Below, one piece after another: positions 62,825-64,000 of a stretch of DNA of 64,000 nucleotides. The stretch's first letter is position 1. The number at the start of each line of letters is the position of its first letter. The notes beneath the pieces are model-generated. The model ran no database searches, was not told the DNA's origin, and was given only the letters and a program-made list of their open reading frames with translations. Source of the DNA: Thalia democratica. Taxonomy: Eukaryota. The stretch spans positions 67,704,001 to 67,768,000 of the forward strand of contig OZ241830.1 in assembly GCA_965202585.1 (NCBI GenBank), in the 5' to 3' direction. Position numbers and translations under genes: made by a program.

Positions 62825-64000
62825 TTTCTGAGATTTTTATGTTTTCAACCTCATTAAATATTGACATCAATAATTAGTTTGTTGTGCTTTCTAAAGATTT
62901 TTGTTCTTAAATTAATTCAAGTTTTTAATACAGTTAATTACTGCCATCATATAATGAGCAAATATTTAAAATACAAAGTTTCATATTCACACTGTGGTTT
63001 TTAGTATTATAAGCTGGATATTTATTACAAACTATGCATATTTGTAGTAAATAATCCTGATATTATACTCTAAATCAAGTTCAACGATACTATGGAACTA
63101 ATTCAGAGTGACATTGTTGTTTTATGTTGTTGCTATGGGTTTCTTGAATTAATCTTGTTTGTACGTTCTATCGTCGCCTGTTAAAATTCAATGTCTAAAA
63201 CGATTTTTATTTTGTGTTATTTGCATTAATTTGTTGCCTAAAATATAACAAATTTAAGTACACTATTTAAGGGATTTTGTAGCCGTTTAGATTTCACTTT
63301 ACTCTGCTTTTGCTAATTGAATTTCTTTAATCAGCTGAGTAACTTATTTTTGTATATATGCTAACTGTTACTTTTTTACATCTTTCAAAAATACGTAGAA
63401 TATTTAATAACTCTTTGATTACTGATTGAGGTTCATATTCAACACCCTCGATATAGTTTTTACAATGTGTTGTGGATATTAGTAACAATTGCCAATGGAC
63501 CATAACTTTTTATCTTAACTAATGTTTAAAAACTTGCTCTTAGTTTTATTTTCAGTGCTTATAAAATGATTATTTTATCATTAAAATTAGATCTTTATTT
63601 GAATTCATTTTATGTACCACGTTTTTATGCAATTTTTGTAACAAATCCAAAAAAAGAGAATTTCTTGTAAACTGTGTCCAGTATACAAAATTAGGAAAAT
63701 ATAGAATACTAAGTAGAGTGACGTAATAATTAGAAATGATATTATGATTGATAGTATACTAGTATTAATAGTATCTAGCTTGTATTAATACTAAAAAACT
63801 TATAAGTTTTCGAACATTTGGAGAAATACTTGACATATGTATAGCCTGACAACTGTGCTACAAACTACTAAATACGACAGTTAATAAAAACCTCATTTAG
63901 ATAAAACAAGTACTGTTAAGTAAGGTTGCCATATTTTTAAAAATTGATTTTGTACTAACTTCGAATACGTTTGGTTTTAGATGATTAAATTCTGGCAACT
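62825..64000. repeat. Single chimeric A/B unit in unit 2
   Basis: A-type alleles up to AAATTTAAGTACACTATTTAAG (~63271), B-type alleles from GGATTTTGTAGCCGTTTAGATTTCACTTTACTC onward. Confidence 0.85.

Larger units (their letters stand above)
32636..64000. repeat. Unit 2 of the segmental duplication (runs off the window end)
   Basis: Colinear with 1-32439; the last 40 nt match 32401-32439. Confidence 0.97.

Overview
AT-rich eukaryotic (probably invertebrate animal) genomic DNA with GT-AG introns. The whole window is two head-to-tail copies of a ~32.6-kb block (position 1 = 32636; 32439 = 64000), and the array probably continues beyond the window. Each unit carries a plus-strand BACK-Kelch gene and a minus-strand multi-exon GTF3C3 (TFIIIC102/Tfc4) homologue that lacks its N-terminal TPR exons. 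It also carries MITEs, a decayed LINE, a ~155-bp minisatellite and older internal duplications. Unit 1 has both genes broken: the Kelch 5' half is gone, and GTF3C3 has a nonsense codon and a ~2-kb three-exon deletion. Unit 2 has a phase-consistent 14-exon, ~680-codon GTF3C3-like ORF and a Kelch gene with a single homopolymer frameshift. The most unexpected signal is a pair of type I hammerhead ribozyme motifs (2705-2768, 3818-3881) 1113 nt apart. They sit in an ORF-less 1.1-kb tandem unit that also holds a degenerate tRNA/SINE-like head, which resembles a retrozyme or Penelope pseudo-LTR. Splice donors are strongly skewed to GTTTG. Homology calls rest on recalled sequences and by-eye alignment; no searches were run.
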